Positions 47,295-57,433 of a stretch of 64,000 bases of DNA are shown here, one piece after another. The stretch covers positions 384,001 through 448,000 of the forward strand of contig CAVQXP010000004.1 in the NCBI GenBank assembly GCA_963717935.1. The letters run 5' to 3'. How positions within the stretch are numbered: position 1 is the stretch's first letter; each line of letters starts with the position of its first letter. The position numbers and the translations under genes were made by a program. Origin of the DNA: Candidatus Eiseniibacteriota bacterium. Its GTDB lineage: Bacteria > Eisenbacteria > RBG-16-71-46. The notes below the pieces were generated by a model, which made no database searches, was not told where the DNA came from, and saw nothing but the letters and a program-made list of their open reading frames with translations.

Positions 47295-48622
47295 AGACGC
47301 TCCGGCTCTCCCTGATCGCCCTGGCGCTCGCCGTCACCGCGCCGCCGCTCGCCCTCGCACAGGCGCCCGCCGCGCCCGACACGAGTCTCGGCGGGTTCCT
47401 CGAGCAGCTCTCCGACTCGACCGACCGCTACTTCGGAATCTCCGCCGCGCCCACGGACACGGCGGGCCTCGACACCGTGCTCGCCGACACGGCCACGCGC
47501 CCGCGACGCCGGCTCGAGTTCGGTTTCTGGCCGACCTTCGACTTCAGCCGCGTGGACGGCTCGACGCCGGGTTGCTCGGGCTCGCTCGGCATCACGGCGC
47601 CCGAGCCGGGCCGCGCCGGCTGGGGGCGGCTCCGGGGCGGGATCGCGCGCGCCAACGGCCCGCGCGTGACGCTCGGGAACGTCCGCTACGCGAACCGCCT
47701 CTGGCTCGGCCACCAGCCGTTCGACCTGGACCTGTGGGGCGGGCGGAAGACCGCTCACCTGGACCGCGATGACGAGAATCTGTTCGGCCGGGTGGGCGCC
47801 TTCCTCACCGGCAGCGACTGGACGCAGTACTACCGCGACGAGGGCTTCGCGGGTTCGGTCGCGCACCCGCATGGCTGGTGGCGGGCGAGCGCCGGCTACC
47901 GCGACCTGCTCCAGTCGCCGCTGCACACCACGGCGACCTGGAACCTCCTGGACCAGGACCTCGAGATGCCCGGGAATCTGGCCGCGACGCGCGGCCGGGC
48001 CCACGAACTGGAGTACACGGCGGCCGCGCGCTGGCCGCGCCTGCCGCTGCACACCGAGATCGGCTACCAGACCTCGAGTCGGCGCCTGGGCAGCGACTTC
48101 GAGTACCGGCGCGTGCGCGCGGCGGTGGGCCTCGACCTGTCGCTCGGGCATGTCGCCTCGCTCGTGCCGCAGTTCGCCTGGGGGCGCCTGACGGGCGACG
48201 AGGTGCCGCAGGCCTCGTTCTATCTCGGCGGCCGCGAGATGCTCCGCAGCCTGCCCCGCGACCAGCTCGGCGGCACGGGCATGGCGCTCGCGAAGCTGGA
48301 CCTGATCGGCGCGCAGGACCTGCTCGCGCTCCTGCACATCCCGCACCCGGCGATGCTGCCGCTGCAGGGCGCGCTCTTCGCCGCCAGCGGCGCCACGTGG
48401 GGGCGCGATCCCTACACCGGCGCGGTCGTGCGGGGTGGCGACTGGCCCGACCCGCGGGACTGGGTGAGCGAGGCGGGCGTGTCGCTGCTCTACGCCTCGG
48501 CGCTGTTCCCGCCCCTGCACTTCTCCTACGCCTGGCCCATCGGCCCGCGCGCGGGCGAGGGACGCTGGTCCGTGTCGTTCTCGCGGCCGCTCGACCTGCT
48601 GCGCACCGAGCTGGAAGAGTAG
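47291..48622 (+). CDS. large outer-membrane beta-barrel protein (DUF5686/Omp85-like)
   Basis: ATGA overlap, own signal peptide, FSRVDG, LGSDFEYRR, FYLGG…LRS, SEAGVS. Confidence 0.7.
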   Translation: MKTLRLSLIALALAVTAPPLALAQAPAAPDTSLGGFLEQLSDSTDRYFGISAAPTDTAGLDTVLADTATRPRRRLEFGFWPTFDFSRVDGSTPGCSGSLGITAPEPGRAGWGRLRGGIARANGPRVTLGNVRYANRLWLGHQPFDLDLWGGRKTAHLDRDDENLFGRVGAFLTGSDWTQYYRDEGFAGSVAHPHGWWRASAGYRDLLQSPLHTTATWNLLDQDLEMPGNLAATRGRAHELEYTAAARWPRLPLHTEIGYQTSSRRLGSDFEYRRVRAAVGLDLSLGHVASLVPQFAWGRLTGDEVPQASFYLGGREMLRSLPRDQLGGTGMALAKLDLIGAQDLLALLHIPHPAMLPLQGALFAASGATWGRDPYTGAVVRGGDWPDPRDWVSEAGVSLLYASALFPPLHFSYAWPIGPRAGEGRWSVSFSRPLDLLRTELEE

Positions 48623-48660
48623 CGGAAGCGAAGGCGACACACCGGGGCCCGGATCGAAAT

Positions 48661-48692
48661 GGGCCCCCGGCGGATCGCTCCGCCGGGGGCCC
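48661..48692. terminator. GC-rich hairpin between convergent genes
   Basis: GGGCCCCCGGCGGA-tcgc-TCCGCCGGGGGCCC perfect 14-bp stem. Confidence 0.65.
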
Positions 48693-48762
48693 TGCCGTCA
48701 CGCCGGGCCCGTCCCCTTGCCCTGGCACCTTGCGAGCCGGCGCGACGAGCCGCCTGCTTCGC

Positions 48763-49086
48763 TCAGATCGCGCGGCCGTTGTGCCGCAGCCGCTGGATCA
48801 TGGCGTCCTGCCGGTCGAGCGCGCGGTGCAGCCGGACGCGCTCGCGCGGTCCGACCCGGCCATCCGTCCGGGTGCGCAGTTCCATGCGGCGGATGTGGCG
48901 CTGGCCCTGCCGCAGGCGGTACGTCTCGCGCCGTGTGAGCTGGCCCGCGCGCACGCCCTGGCGGATACGCAATTCCTGGCGCAGGACGCGGCGCTCGGGG
49001 TCGCGGGGACAGGTCTGTGCCGCGGCGACTCCTGCGATCGAGACCGTGAGTGCGATCGCCATGATCAGCATCGTGAAGCGCTTCAT
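48763..49086 (-). CDS. small secreted Arg-rich helical repeat protein
   Basis: AGGAGG RBS, signal peptide, RQELRIRQGVRAGQLTRRE / DGRVGPRER repeats. Confidence 0.8.
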   Translation of the reverse strand: MKRFTMLIMAIALTVSIAGVAAAQTCPRDPERRVLRQELRIRQGVRAGQLTRRETYRLRQGQRHIRRMELRTRTDGRVGPRERVRLHRALDRQDAMIQRLRHNGRAI

Positions 49087-49150
49087 GAGGTCCTCCTGGT
49101 TCGGTGGTGTCCGTGTAGCGCGGGGAGCGCACTGTTGGTCCGGAACAGGA

Positions 49151-49165
49151 GCAGGTGGCGTGCCG
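49151..49165 (-). promoter_or_regulatory. sigma54 (-24/-12) promoter
   Basis: CGGCACG-ccac-CTGC about 65 nt upstream of 49086. Confidence 0.55.
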
Positions 49166-49343
49166 CACCCCGGCCGTCGCAGCGAGTGACCGGGCGTTCA
49201 TCGGCTTAGCGCCGGGCCGGGCCCGGCGCGCGCCGCGTCAGGCGCCCCACGATGCCCCGGGCGGGTCAGTCACGGCGGTCCGGAGTGGACGGCGCGGGAC
49301 AAGCCGCGGCCCGCATGTCCGGACTTCGTCCGGTCGCGGCCGC

Positions 49344-50171
49344 CTATCCCGGGATCTCGATCGTGCCCTCGAGGTAGGGCGCCGCGTGGCCGGCGATGAT
49401 GACGCGCTCGCCCAGGTCCTCGCAGAACAACTCCCCGCCGCGCGCCGACACCTGCCGCGCGTGGAGCGTGCGCTTGCCCAGCCGGTGCGCCCAGTAGGGG
49501 ATGAGCGTGCAGTGAGCCGAGCCCGTGACCGGGTCCTCGGGCACGCCGACCAGGGGCGCGAAGAAGCGCGAGACGAAGTCGCAGTCGCGCCCCGGCGCGG
49601 TGACGCACACCGCGTGCACGCCGAGCGCGGCCACGCGCGTGAAGTCGGGCCGGAGCGCGCGGACCTCGTCCTCGCTCGCGTAGACCGCCAGCAGGTCGCG
49701 GGACATCAGGGTCTCGCGCGGCGGGGCGCCGAGCGCCGCGGCGAGCCCCTTCGGGGCCTCGCACTCGACCGCCCGGCGCGAGGGGAACTCCATGGCCAGC
49801 AGGGCGCCACAGCGCTCCACGATGAGCGGACCGCTCTTCGAGTGGAACGTCACGCTGGTGCGCGTGGGGTCGAGCCAGTGGAAGATCACGAAGGCCGTGG
49901 CCAGGGTCGGGTGGCCGGCCAGGTCGATCTCGGCCGCGGGCGTGAACCAGCGGATGTCGTAGTCGCGCCCCGGGCCGCTGGCATAACCGTCTTCGGCCGG
50001 CGTCCCGACGGAGGCCGGGACGAAGAACGCCGTCTCGGACAGGTTGTTCTCCGTGGCGATGGCCTGCATCAGGCGGTCGTCGATCCAGCGCTCGAGCGGA
50101 CAGACCGCCGCCGGGTTGCCGCCGAACACGTCGCCCGTGAAGGCGTCCACCTGGAAGAGCGGGAGCTTCAT
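49344..50171 (-). CDS. PhzF family protein
   Basis: QVDAF…GGNPAAV, NLSETAF, IRWFTP.AEIDLAGH, EDPVTGSAH. Confidence 0.92.
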   Translation of the reverse strand: MKLPLFQVDAFTGDVFGGNPAAVCPLERWIDDRLMQAIATENNLSETAFFVPASVGTPAEDGYASGPGRDYDIRWFTPAAEIDLAGHPTLATAFVIFHWLDPTRTSVTFHSKSGPLIVERCGALLAMEFPSRRAVECEAPKGLAAALGAPPRETLMSRDLLAVYASEDEVRALRPDFTRVAALGVHAVCVTAPGRDCDFVSRFFAPLVGVPEDPVTGSAHCTLIPYWAHRLGKRTLHARQVSARGGELFCEDLGERVIIAGHAAPYLEGTIEIPG

Positions 50172-50680
50172 CGCGCCACCTCGCCCGCGGGCCGCCCGGA
50201 CCCGCCCGGCCGCGACTCGAGCACCAGCTCCATGAACATCGCGCCCGGGAGCGGGTTGTGGCGGTAGGGCTCCGCCGGCACGAAGCCCAGCGCGCGGTAG
50301 AGCGCGACGGCCTCCACCATCTGCGCGACGGTGTCGAGCATCATGCGCGCGTAGCCGCGGGCCCGCGCCTCGGCGATCACCGCATCGCACAGCAGCCGGC
50401 CGATGCCGCGGCCGCGCGCCTCCCGCCGGACGTAGAGCCGCTTCAGTTCGCAGGCCCGTCCGTCCAGGGCCCGCAGGGCCACGCAACCCGCGGCCCGCCC
50501 ATCCTCCGTGGCCAGCAGCAGCGTGCCGCCCGGCGGCGCGTACTCGCCGGGCAGCGAAGCCAGCTCGCGGTCGAAGTCCTGGAAGCACAGGTCGAAATCG
50601 AGCATGGAAGCGTACTCGAGGAACAACGCGCGAGCGTCGTGCAGCTGGGCGGCGGTGCGGGCCGGGACGATGTCGATCAC
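50168..50680 (-). CDS. GNAT family N-acetyltransferase
   Basis: ELASLPGEY, CELKRLYV…RGRGIG, LDT…ALYRALGF; ATGA overlap with phzF-like gene. Confidence 0.9.
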   Translation of the reverse strand: MIDIVPARTAAQLHDARALFLEYASMLDFDLCFQDFDRELASLPGEYAPPGGTLLLATEDGRAAGCVALRALDGRACELKRLYVRREARGRGIGRLLCDAVIAEARARGYARMMLDTVAQMVEAVALYRALGFVPAEPYRHNPLPGAMFMELVLESRPGGSGRPAGEVAR

Positions 50681-50780
50681 GGCCGCGAGGTTAGCAGAGA
50701 GACCGTGCCGGAATCACGCCGCGCGTCGACCGGTAGCCCGCGTCCTTCCGCCCCGCGGGAGCCACCCCCGCCCGTACCGC

Positions 50781-51716
50781 TCACCGGCCGGTCACGGGCA
50801 GGGGGACGTCGGCGTCCGCGGCGGTCCGGCTGCGGGCCGAGACCACGACCCCCGCGACGCAGACCAGCGCGGCCCCCACCCACTGATGGAGTCCCGGGGC
50901 GCGCGCGAACGAGAGCGCCTCGAACGCGTAGGTGATGACCACGCCGGCGTACGAGACGGCGCTGAGCCGCGCCGCGCGTCCCAGGCCGTAGGCGCGGCTC
51001 ATCGCGACCTGCCCGAGCCCGCCGGCCGCCGCGCTCGCCAGCAGCGGCACCAGCGCCCGCGGCGAGGGCACCACGAAGCGCGGCAACGACACCAGCAGCA
51101 GGGTCACGCCGGCCACGAGCGACATGTGCAGCGCGATGGCCTCGCTGCTCTCGCTCGGGCCCAGCCGGCGCAGCCGCAGGATGGCGAAGCCGTAGGAGAA
51201 CGCCCCCAGCAGCAGCGCCAGCGCCAGATCGCCCGAGACGCGCAGCGCCGGCTGCGCGAGCACCGCCACCCCGACGAAGCCGAGCGTGGCGCCGGCCAGC
51301 ACGCGCGGCGGCACCCGTTCACCGAGCACCGGCCCCGAGAACAGCGCCACGAACAGCGGCGCCGTCGCGGTGAGCGTGGCCACGTCGCCCAGGGCGATGC
51401 GCGTCGAGCCCAGCGCCAGGAACACCGCGAGCGCGTTCAGGGTGCCGAAGATCGAGCGCAGCCAGGCGTTCTTCTGGTCGCGCACCACGAGCGACACGCC
51501 GCGCGCGCGGCCGAGCCCCCAGGCCACCAGCGCGCCGCCCAGGAAGCGCACGCCGCCGATCTCCCAGCCCGGCAGGTCCACCGCGCCCCAGCGCGTCGCC
51601 ATGCGCATGAGCGCGAAACAGACCTCGGTGACCAGGATCCAGAAGACGCCGCTGCGCAGGAGACGGAACCGCGTCCCAGGACGCGCAGGTCGGCGTTGCT
51701 CGAGTGCGGCCAGCAT
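50781..51716 (-). CDS. DMT/EamA family transporter
   Basis: About 10 TM, two EamA repeats (TAPLFVALFS…LGERV; GFVGV; GQVAMSRAY). Confidence 0.85.
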   Translation of the reverse strand: MLAALEQRRPARPGTRFRLLRSGVFWILVTEVCFALMRMATRWGAVDLPGWEIGGVRFLGGALVAWGLGRARGVSLVVRDQKNAWLRSIFGTLNALAVFLALGSTRIALGDVATLTATAPLFVALFSGPVLGERVPPRVLAGATLGFVGVAVLAQPALRVSGDLALALLLGAFSYGFAILRLRRLGPSESSEAIALHMSLVAGVTLLLVSLPRFVVPSPRALVPLLASAAAGGLGQVAMSRAYGLGRAARLSAVSYAGVVITYAFEALSFARAPGLHQWVGAALVCVAGVVVSARSRTAADADVPLPVTGR

Positions 51717-51857
51717 GACGGGGCAGCATCGCACGCCGGGCCCGCCCCGCGAAGGCGGCCCTGCGGGAGCACGGCCCGGCTCGCCGGAAACGCCGGTTCC
51801 GCCCGGGTGGAACTGCGCTTCTTCCGCCGTCCTTCCCGCGGTAGACTCCCCCACGCA

Positions 51858-54500
51858 ATGCCACTGGCCCCAGGCATGCGCCTCGGTCCCTACGAGATCC
51901 TCGCCCCCCTCGGTGCGGGGGGCATGGGAGAGGTCTATCGCGCCCGCGACTCGCGGCTGGACCGCACCGTCGCCGTCAAGGTCCTCTCCCCGCACCTGGC
52001 CGCGACGTCCGAGGCGCGCGCCCGCTTCGAGCGGGAGGCGCGCGCGGTCTCCGCGCTGAGCCACCCCCACGTCTGCACGCTCTACGACATCGGGAGCCAG
52101 GACGACCTGGTCTACCTCGTCATGGAACACCTCGAGGGCGAGACCCTGGCCCGGCGCCTCGAGCGCGGCCCCCTGCCGGCCGCCGAACTGCTCGGTCGCG
52201 GCATCGAGATCGCCGACGCGCTGGACCGGGCGCATCGGGCGGGGATCGTCCACCGCGACCTCAAGCCCGGCAACATCATGCTCACGAAGGGCGGCGCCAA
52301 GCTCATGGATTTCGGCCTGGCGCGCACGGCGGGGCTGGCCGCGGTGGCGGGCGAGGACACCGGATCGCCCACCCTGAGTCGGCCGCTCACGGCCGAGGGG
52401 ACCCTCGTGGGCACCTTCCAGTACATGGCGCCCGAGGTGCTGGAGGGGCGGGAGGCGGATGCGCGCAGCGACATCTGGGCGCTGGGCTGCGTGCTCTACG
52501 AGATGGCGACCGCGAAGAAGACCTTCCAGGGCCGCAGCCAGGCCTCGCTCATCTCGGCCATCATGTCGGCGGAGCCCCCGGCCCCGACGACGCTGGCGCC
52601 GCTGACGCCGCCCGCGCTCGAGCAGCTCATCCGGGCCTGCCTGGCCAAGGACCCGGAGGAGCGCGTCCAGACCGCCCACGACGTGAAGCTCGAGCTCGGC
52701 TGGATCGCCCAGGGCAGCTCGCGGGCCGGCGTCCCCGCCGTCGTCGCGAGGCGCCGGCGCACCCGCGAGCGGCTCGCCTGGGTGCTGGCGGCGGCCCTGG
52801 CGGTGGCAGTCCTGGCACTGGGCGCGTTCCTGCTGCGCCGCGGCGAGCCACCGCAGGTCGTCCGCTTCGAGGTGCGTCTGCCGCTGGGCACGATGCAGAT
52901 GTCCTGGCCCCGCCTGTCGCCGGACGGACGGACGCTGGCGTTCGTCGCGTCAGACTCGGCCGGCGACCGGCGCGTATGGGTGCGGCCCCTGGATGCAGTC
53001 GAGGCCCGTCCATTGGACGTGGTCGTGGGGAACGCCCGGCCCTTCTGGTCCCCCGACAGCAGGCACCTGGCGTTGATCGATGGCGGGAAGCTGCGCAAGA
53101 TCCCGGTCGGCGGGGGACCGCCCATCAACATCTGCGACGCACCGGGCGGCTTCGACGGCACCTGGGGCAGGAGCGGCTGGATCCTCTTCGACGGTGGCGC
53201 CGGCGATTCGATCCGGGGAGTGCCGGCAGCAGGCGGAACGCCCCGCAGCATCACGTTCCTCGATCGTGCAAGGGGCGAGACCGGCCACGCCTGGCCCTTC
53301 TTCCTGCCCGACGGCCGGCACTTCCTGTTCGTGGCTAGCACTCCCGAAGGCCCCGACGCCATCCGCGTCGGTACGCTGGGCTCGAAGGAGAGCCGGGCCG
53401 TCGGTCAGACCGAGAGCCGGGCCGAGTACACGCTGCCGGGCTACCTGGTCTACGAGAACGGGAACACGCTCGTGGCCCAGCCGTTCGACGCCCGGTCCAC
53501 CCGCACCACCGGTGATCCCGTCCCCCTGGGAGAGCTCGTCACCGGAGGCGGCGATGGCCCTTTCTCGGTGTCGGGCGCCGGGGACCTGGCCTACCGGCCG
53601 CGAACCACCCAGGAACGGGCCCACCTGCTCTGGCTGGCCCGCGATGGTCACCTCCTCGGAGAGGCGGCCCCGGCCGGCGCGTGGGAGGACGTCATGCTCT
53701 CGCCGGACGGTGCGCGGCTCGCGCTCAGCGCCGTCTCGGACCGGTCGAACCGCGACGTCTGGGTGCACGACCTGGTCCGCGGAGTCAGCTCGCGGCTCAC
53801 CCACGACCCGGACATCGAGCTTGCGCCGGTGTGGTCGCCCGACGGCCGTCGCATCGCCTTCGCCGCGCGCCGCGCTGACGGGATGCACTGCTACATCCGG
53901 GCGGCCAACGGCGTCGGGGAGGATGATTCCCTGCCCCACGGCCAGGGCGTCAACGAGGCCCCGCTGGACTGGTCGGGGCCGGCGAACAGCATCCTGTTCG
54001 CGCGCATCAATTCGACAAATCGCTGGGACCTCTGGGTGACGCCCGCTACCGGCCCGCCGGCGCCCAGACCGTTCCTGCAGTCCCCGTTCGACGAGTCGGT
54101 CGGGCGATTCTCGCCCGACGGAAGGTGGCTCGCGTTCGGCTCGAACGAGTCCGGACGATCCGAGATCTACGTCGTGCCATTCCCCGGGCCCGGGGGCAGG
54201 TGGCAGATCTCGACCGCCGGCGGCAGCCATCCCCAGTGGCGTCAGGACGGCGGAGAGTTGTTCTACCTGGGCACGGACCGGCGCATCATGGCGGTCCCGG
54301 TGCGCGCCGGGACGACCTTCGACGCGGGGGTGCCGCAGGCCCTGTTCCAGGCCGCGCTCACCGGCGGTCCATACCCCGGCTACCGCTGGGCCGTATCCCG
54401 CGACGGGCAGCGCTTCCTCGTCAACACACCGTCCGGCGGCGAGTCCCCCGGGCATTTCGTCGTGGTCACGAACTGGACCGCCGAGCTTCGCCGGAAGTGA
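51858..54500 (+). CDS. Ser/Thr protein kinase with TM and TolB-like PD40 beta-propeller repeats
   Basis: LGAGGMGEVY, AVK, HRDLKPGN, DFG, YMAPE; repeated SPDG motifs. Confidence 0.94.
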   Translation: MPLAPGMRLGPYEILAPLGAGGMGEVYRARDSRLDRTVAVKVLSPHLAATSEARARFEREARAVSALSHPHVCTLYDIGSQDDLVYLVMEHLEGETLARRLERGPLPAAELLGRGIEIADALDRAHRAGIVHRDLKPGNIMLTKGGAKLMDFGLARTAGLAAVAGEDTGSPTLSRPLTAEGTLVGTFQYMAPEVLEGREADARSDIWALGCVLYEMATAKKTFQGRSQASLISAIMSAEPPAPTTLAPLTPPALEQLIRACLAKDPEERVQTAHDVKLELGWIAQGSSRAGVPAVVARRRRTRERLAWVLAAALAVAVLALGAFLLRRGEPPQVVRFEVRLPLGTMQMSWPRLSPDGRTLAFVASDSAGDRRVWVRPLDAVEARPLDVVVGNARPFWSPDSRHLALIDGGKLRKIPVGGGPPINICDAPGGFDGTWGRSGWILFDGGAGDSIRGVPAAGGTPRSITFLDRARGETGHAWPFFLPDGRHFLFVASTPEGPDAIRVGTLGSKESRAVGQTESRAEYTLPGYLVYENGNTLVAQPFDARSTRTTGDPVPLGELVTGGGDGPFSVSGAGDLAYRPRTTQERAHLLWLARDGHLLGEAAPAGAWEDVMLSPDGARLALSAVSDRSNRDVWVHDLVRGVSSRLTHDPDIELAPVWSPDGRRIAFAARRADGMHCYIRAANGVGEDDSLPHGQGVNEAPLDWSGPANSILFARINSTNRWDLWVTPATGPPAPRPFLQSPFDESVGRFSPDGRWLAFGSNESGRSEIYVVPFPGPGGRWQISTAGGSHPQWRQDGGELFYLGTDRRIMAVPVRAGTTFDAGVPQALFQAALTGGPYPGYRWAVSRDGQRFLVNTPSGGESPGHFVVVTNWTAELRRK

Positions 54501-54520
54501 CCCGGGCCCCGACGCCATGA
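54497..54520 (+). other. 7-aa bridging mini-ORF (GTG start, VTRAPTP)
   Basis: GTGA overlap with kinase stop; its TGA overlaps ATG 54517 and ATG 54520. Confidence 0.4.
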
Positions 54521-56160
54521 TGCTCCACCTCTCGGGAGCGACCGGCGACCGGACGCCGGCCTGGAGGATCGAGGCGCCGCTCTCGAGGATCGGGCGCTCG
54601 TCGGCCTGCGAGATCCACCTCGCCGATGCCAGCGTGTCGCGCCGGCACGCCGAGATCGTCCGCCGCGACGATCGCTTCTTCATCCAGGACCTCGGCAGCC
54701 GCAACGGCACCCGGGTGAACGGCGCCGAGGTCCACGCCCCCGTCGAGATCGGCCCGGGCGACTGCGTCGAGGTGGGCGACCTGACGCTGCGCGTGACCGC
54801 GGAGGGACCCGGACGGCCCGTGCGCGTGCCCTCGGGGGCGCGGATCGACACCTCGGTGCAGCTGCGCGCGGACCACCTGGTCGAAGCGCGCGCGCGCGAC
54901 GAGGGGGGCGCCCTGCCGCTGGTGGCCTGGCTGGTCGCGGCCGGACAACTGCTGGTCATGCCGCGGCCGCTCCAGGAGACGTGCGACGAGATCCTGGAAC
55001 TCGTCGCCCGCGCCGTCCCCGGCACGCGGCACGTGCTGATGCTGCGTGACGAGACCTCCGGAGAGCTGCGCCAGGCCGCGGCGCGCCATCTCGGCGGGCG
55101 GCCCGACCAGCCGCTGGCGCTCTCCCGCTCGATCGTCGGGCGGGTCCTCGAGGAATGCACCTCGGTGCTCACGGCGGATGCCCTGCACGACCCGCGCTTC
55201 AGCGCCCAGGACAGCGTCGTGCGGCAGGCGGTCCACTCCGCCATGGCCGTGCCGCTCTTCGACAACCGCAGGGTCCTGGGGCTCGTCTACGTGGACAGCC
55301 AGGACGTCGCCGTCAGCTTCACCCCGTCGCAGCTCGAGGTGCTCACGCTGCTCGCCAACATGGCGGCGGTGAAGATCAGCAACGCGCGCCTGCTGGCGGC
55401 CGAGCAGGCGCGGCTCCGCCTGGCGCACGAGCTGGCCACCGCCGCCCGGATCCAGCGCGCGATGCTGGCGCCCGCGCCCCTCATGGAGGGCTGGCAGGTG
55501 GAGGCCTGCATCGAGCCCTGCCACGAGGTCGGCGGCGACCTCTACGATTGCCGCATCACGCGCGACGACCGCCTGGTCTTCCAGGTGGGCGACGTGGCCG
55601 GCAAGGGGATGGGCGCCGCCCTGCTGATGTCGTCGTTCCTGGCTTCGTCCCGCGTCCTCTACGAAACCTGCGACGACCCGGGCGCGCTCGCCACCCGGCT
55701 CGGCGCCATCGTGTGCGACCACGGGGATCCGGGCCGCTTCGTCACCGGCTTCGTCGGCTGCCTCGACCTGCGCACGGGGACCGTGCATTACGTGAACGCA
55801 GGCCATCCCTCGGCGCTGCTGCTGCACCGCGGCGGGATCCGGCCGCTGGAGAGCAACGGCGTTCCGTTCGGCGTCCTGCCCGGCTACGACTACCGCGCCC
55901 TGACCGCCGAGATCCCCCCGGGGGCGATGCTCGCGGTCTTCAGCGACGGCATCCCCGAGGCGCAGTGCGGCTCCGAGATGTTCGAGGATGAGCGTCTGCA
56001 CGAGGTCCTGCTCGCGGCCGCGGCCGCGCCCGACCTGGCCGACGTGCGGCGCGGCGTCCTCGCCCGGCTGGACACGTTCCTCGGGGACGCCACGCGCAGC
56101 GACGACGTCACGCTCCTGCTGATCCGGCGCGAGGCCGCCACCCCGCCCCCGTCCGCCTGA
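54517..56160 (+). CDS. FHA-GAF-SpoIIE (PP2C) protein phosphatase
   Basis: FHA IGRS…VSRRHA…DLGSRNGT; GAF; GGDLYD, GDVAGKG, SDG, DDVT. Confidence 0.92.
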   Translation: MMLHLSGATGDRTPAWRIEAPLSRIGRSSACEIHLADASVSRRHAEIVRRDDRFFIQDLGSRNGTRVNGAEVHAPVEIGPGDCVEVGDLTLRVTAEGPGRPVRVPSGARIDTSVQLRADHLVEARARDEGGALPLVAWLVAAGQLLVMPRPLQETCDEILELVARAVPGTRHVLMLRDETSGELRQAAARHLGGRPDQPLALSRSIVGRVLEECTSVLTADALHDPRFSAQDSVVRQAVHSAMAVPLFDNRRVLGLVYVDSQDVAVSFTPSQLEVLTLLANMAAVKISNARLLAAEQARLRLAHELATAARIQRAMLAPAPLMEGWQVEACIEPCHEVGGDLYDCRITRDDRLVFQVGDVAGKGMGAALLMSSFLASSRVLYETCDDPGALATRLGAIVCDHGDPGRFVTGFVGCLDLRTGTVHYVNAGHPSALLLHRGGIRPLESNGVPFGVLPGYDYRALTAEIPPGAMLAVFSDGIPEAQCGSEMFEDERLHEVLLAAAAAPDLADVRRGVLARLDTFLGDATRSDDVTLLLIRREAATPPPSA

Positions 56161-56193
56161 GACTCCGTCGCCGACGCGCGTGGCGTCGCCGCG

Positions 56194-57414
56194 CTACCCC
56201 AGCCGGTCCCAGACGCGCCTCGCGCATTCCTTCGCGCGCGCGGCCACCTCGCGTTCATCCACGTTCACGAGCGTGCCGTTGTCCAGCACGATGTCGCCGC
56301 CCACCATGGCGCCCGAGACCGGTGCGCGCAGCATGCCCGACCACAGGTGGTCGAGGAACGTGCGCTCGGTGAACTCCGTCGCCGGCTGGTAGTCCACCAG
56401 CAGCAGGTCCGCGGGCGAGCCCGCGGCGATGACGCCCAGGCCCTCGCCGAAGTGCCCGCCGGCCCAGCGCGCGCCGTTCACGAACAGCCGCTGGTAGTGC
56501 GCCTCGGCCGGAGCGCCGAAGGCCAGGCTGTGGATCGGATCCGGCAGCGGCGGCGCGTTCACGCCCGCATCCGTGCCCCACGCCACCTCGCCCTCGCGCA
56601 CCAGCGCGGCGACCGAGCCCGCGCCGACCGCCGAGAGCGCGTCACCGCGTTCGCGCAACTCGCCGAGCAGGCCGCGCGGCGCGCTCTCCACGTGCGCCCA
56701 GAGCGTGGGCATGGATTGCTCGCGCCAGCCGCCGCGCGGGCGCCAGCGCTCGGCGGGCGTCAGGTCGAGGGCCAGGTCCACGTGCACGCCCAGCCGCCCG
56801 CCCGCGACGTCGAGCGCCTCGCACACCATCGTGTCCACGCCCTCGAGCGTGCGCGCCTGCACGCCGATCATGCCGCGCAACCGGCCGTCGCGCCGCCGTC
56901 CCATCTCGCTCGCGAACCCGAGCGACTCCTCGAAGGCCGACTGCCGCTCGACCATGGTGTCCGATTCGCTCGCGCCGTAGCAGGTGGCCACGCGCACGCC
57001 CACCCGCGCCGCCGCCGCCACCACTTCGGAGAGCGAAAGGTCCGGGCAGGCGCCCGAGCGATGGAAGTCGCACACCGAGGTCACGCCGTGGCGCAGTCCC
57101 TCGACCAGCGCCGCGCTGGCCGACCAGAAGACGTCCTCGGGCGAGAGCGTGCGGTCGTAGCGGCGCCACTCGGCGGGCGCGCGCAGTCCGAGCCCGCGCG
57201 CGAGGTGGCGCGCCAGGTGGACGTGGGTGTTGATGAAGCCCGGCATCAGCACGCGGCCGCGCGCGGGCCAGAGCGTCTCCTCCGGATAGGCCGCGCCCAG
57301 CACCGGGAGCGGCCCGATGGCGGCGATGTGCGCGCCCACCACGCGCACCGCCGAGTCCTCGAGCACATCGGGTCTCGTCCCGCCCGTCACGACCGTGCAC
57401 GGTCCGATCAGCAT
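56194..57414 (-). CDS. amidohydrolase family protein, SsnA-like, partly degenerate
   Basis: MPGFINTHVH, GVTSVCDFH, GTD, GSPADL; HxxE glutamate missing (HVDL). Confidence 0.75.
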   Translation of the reverse strand: MLIGPCTVVTGGTRPDVLEDSAVRVVGAHIAAIGPLPVLGAAYPEETLWPARGRVLMPGFINTHVHLARHLARGLGLRAPAEWRRYDRTLSPEDVFWSASAALVEGLRHGVTSVCDFHRSGACPDLSLSEVVAAAARVGVRVATCYGASESDTMVERQSAFEESLGFASEMGRRRDGRLRGMIGVQARTLEGVDTMVCEALDVAGGRLGVHVDLALDLTPAERWRPRGGWREQSMPTLWAHVESAPRGLLGELRERGDALSAVGAGSVAALVREGEVAWGTDAGVNAPPLPDPIHSLAFGAPAEAHYQRLFVNGARWAGGHFGEGLGVIAAGSPADLLLVDYQPATEFTERTFLDHLWSGMLRAPVSGAMVGGDIVLDNGTLVNVDEREVAARAKECARRVWDRLG

Positions 57415-57433
57415 GTCAGCCCCCCCGCCCGGC

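Noticed and set aside
50508..51857. N-terminal extension of the Ser/Thr kinase (1330 aa)
   Set aside because: Antisense to the DMT and GNAT genes; canonical MPLAPG…LGPYEI start at 51858
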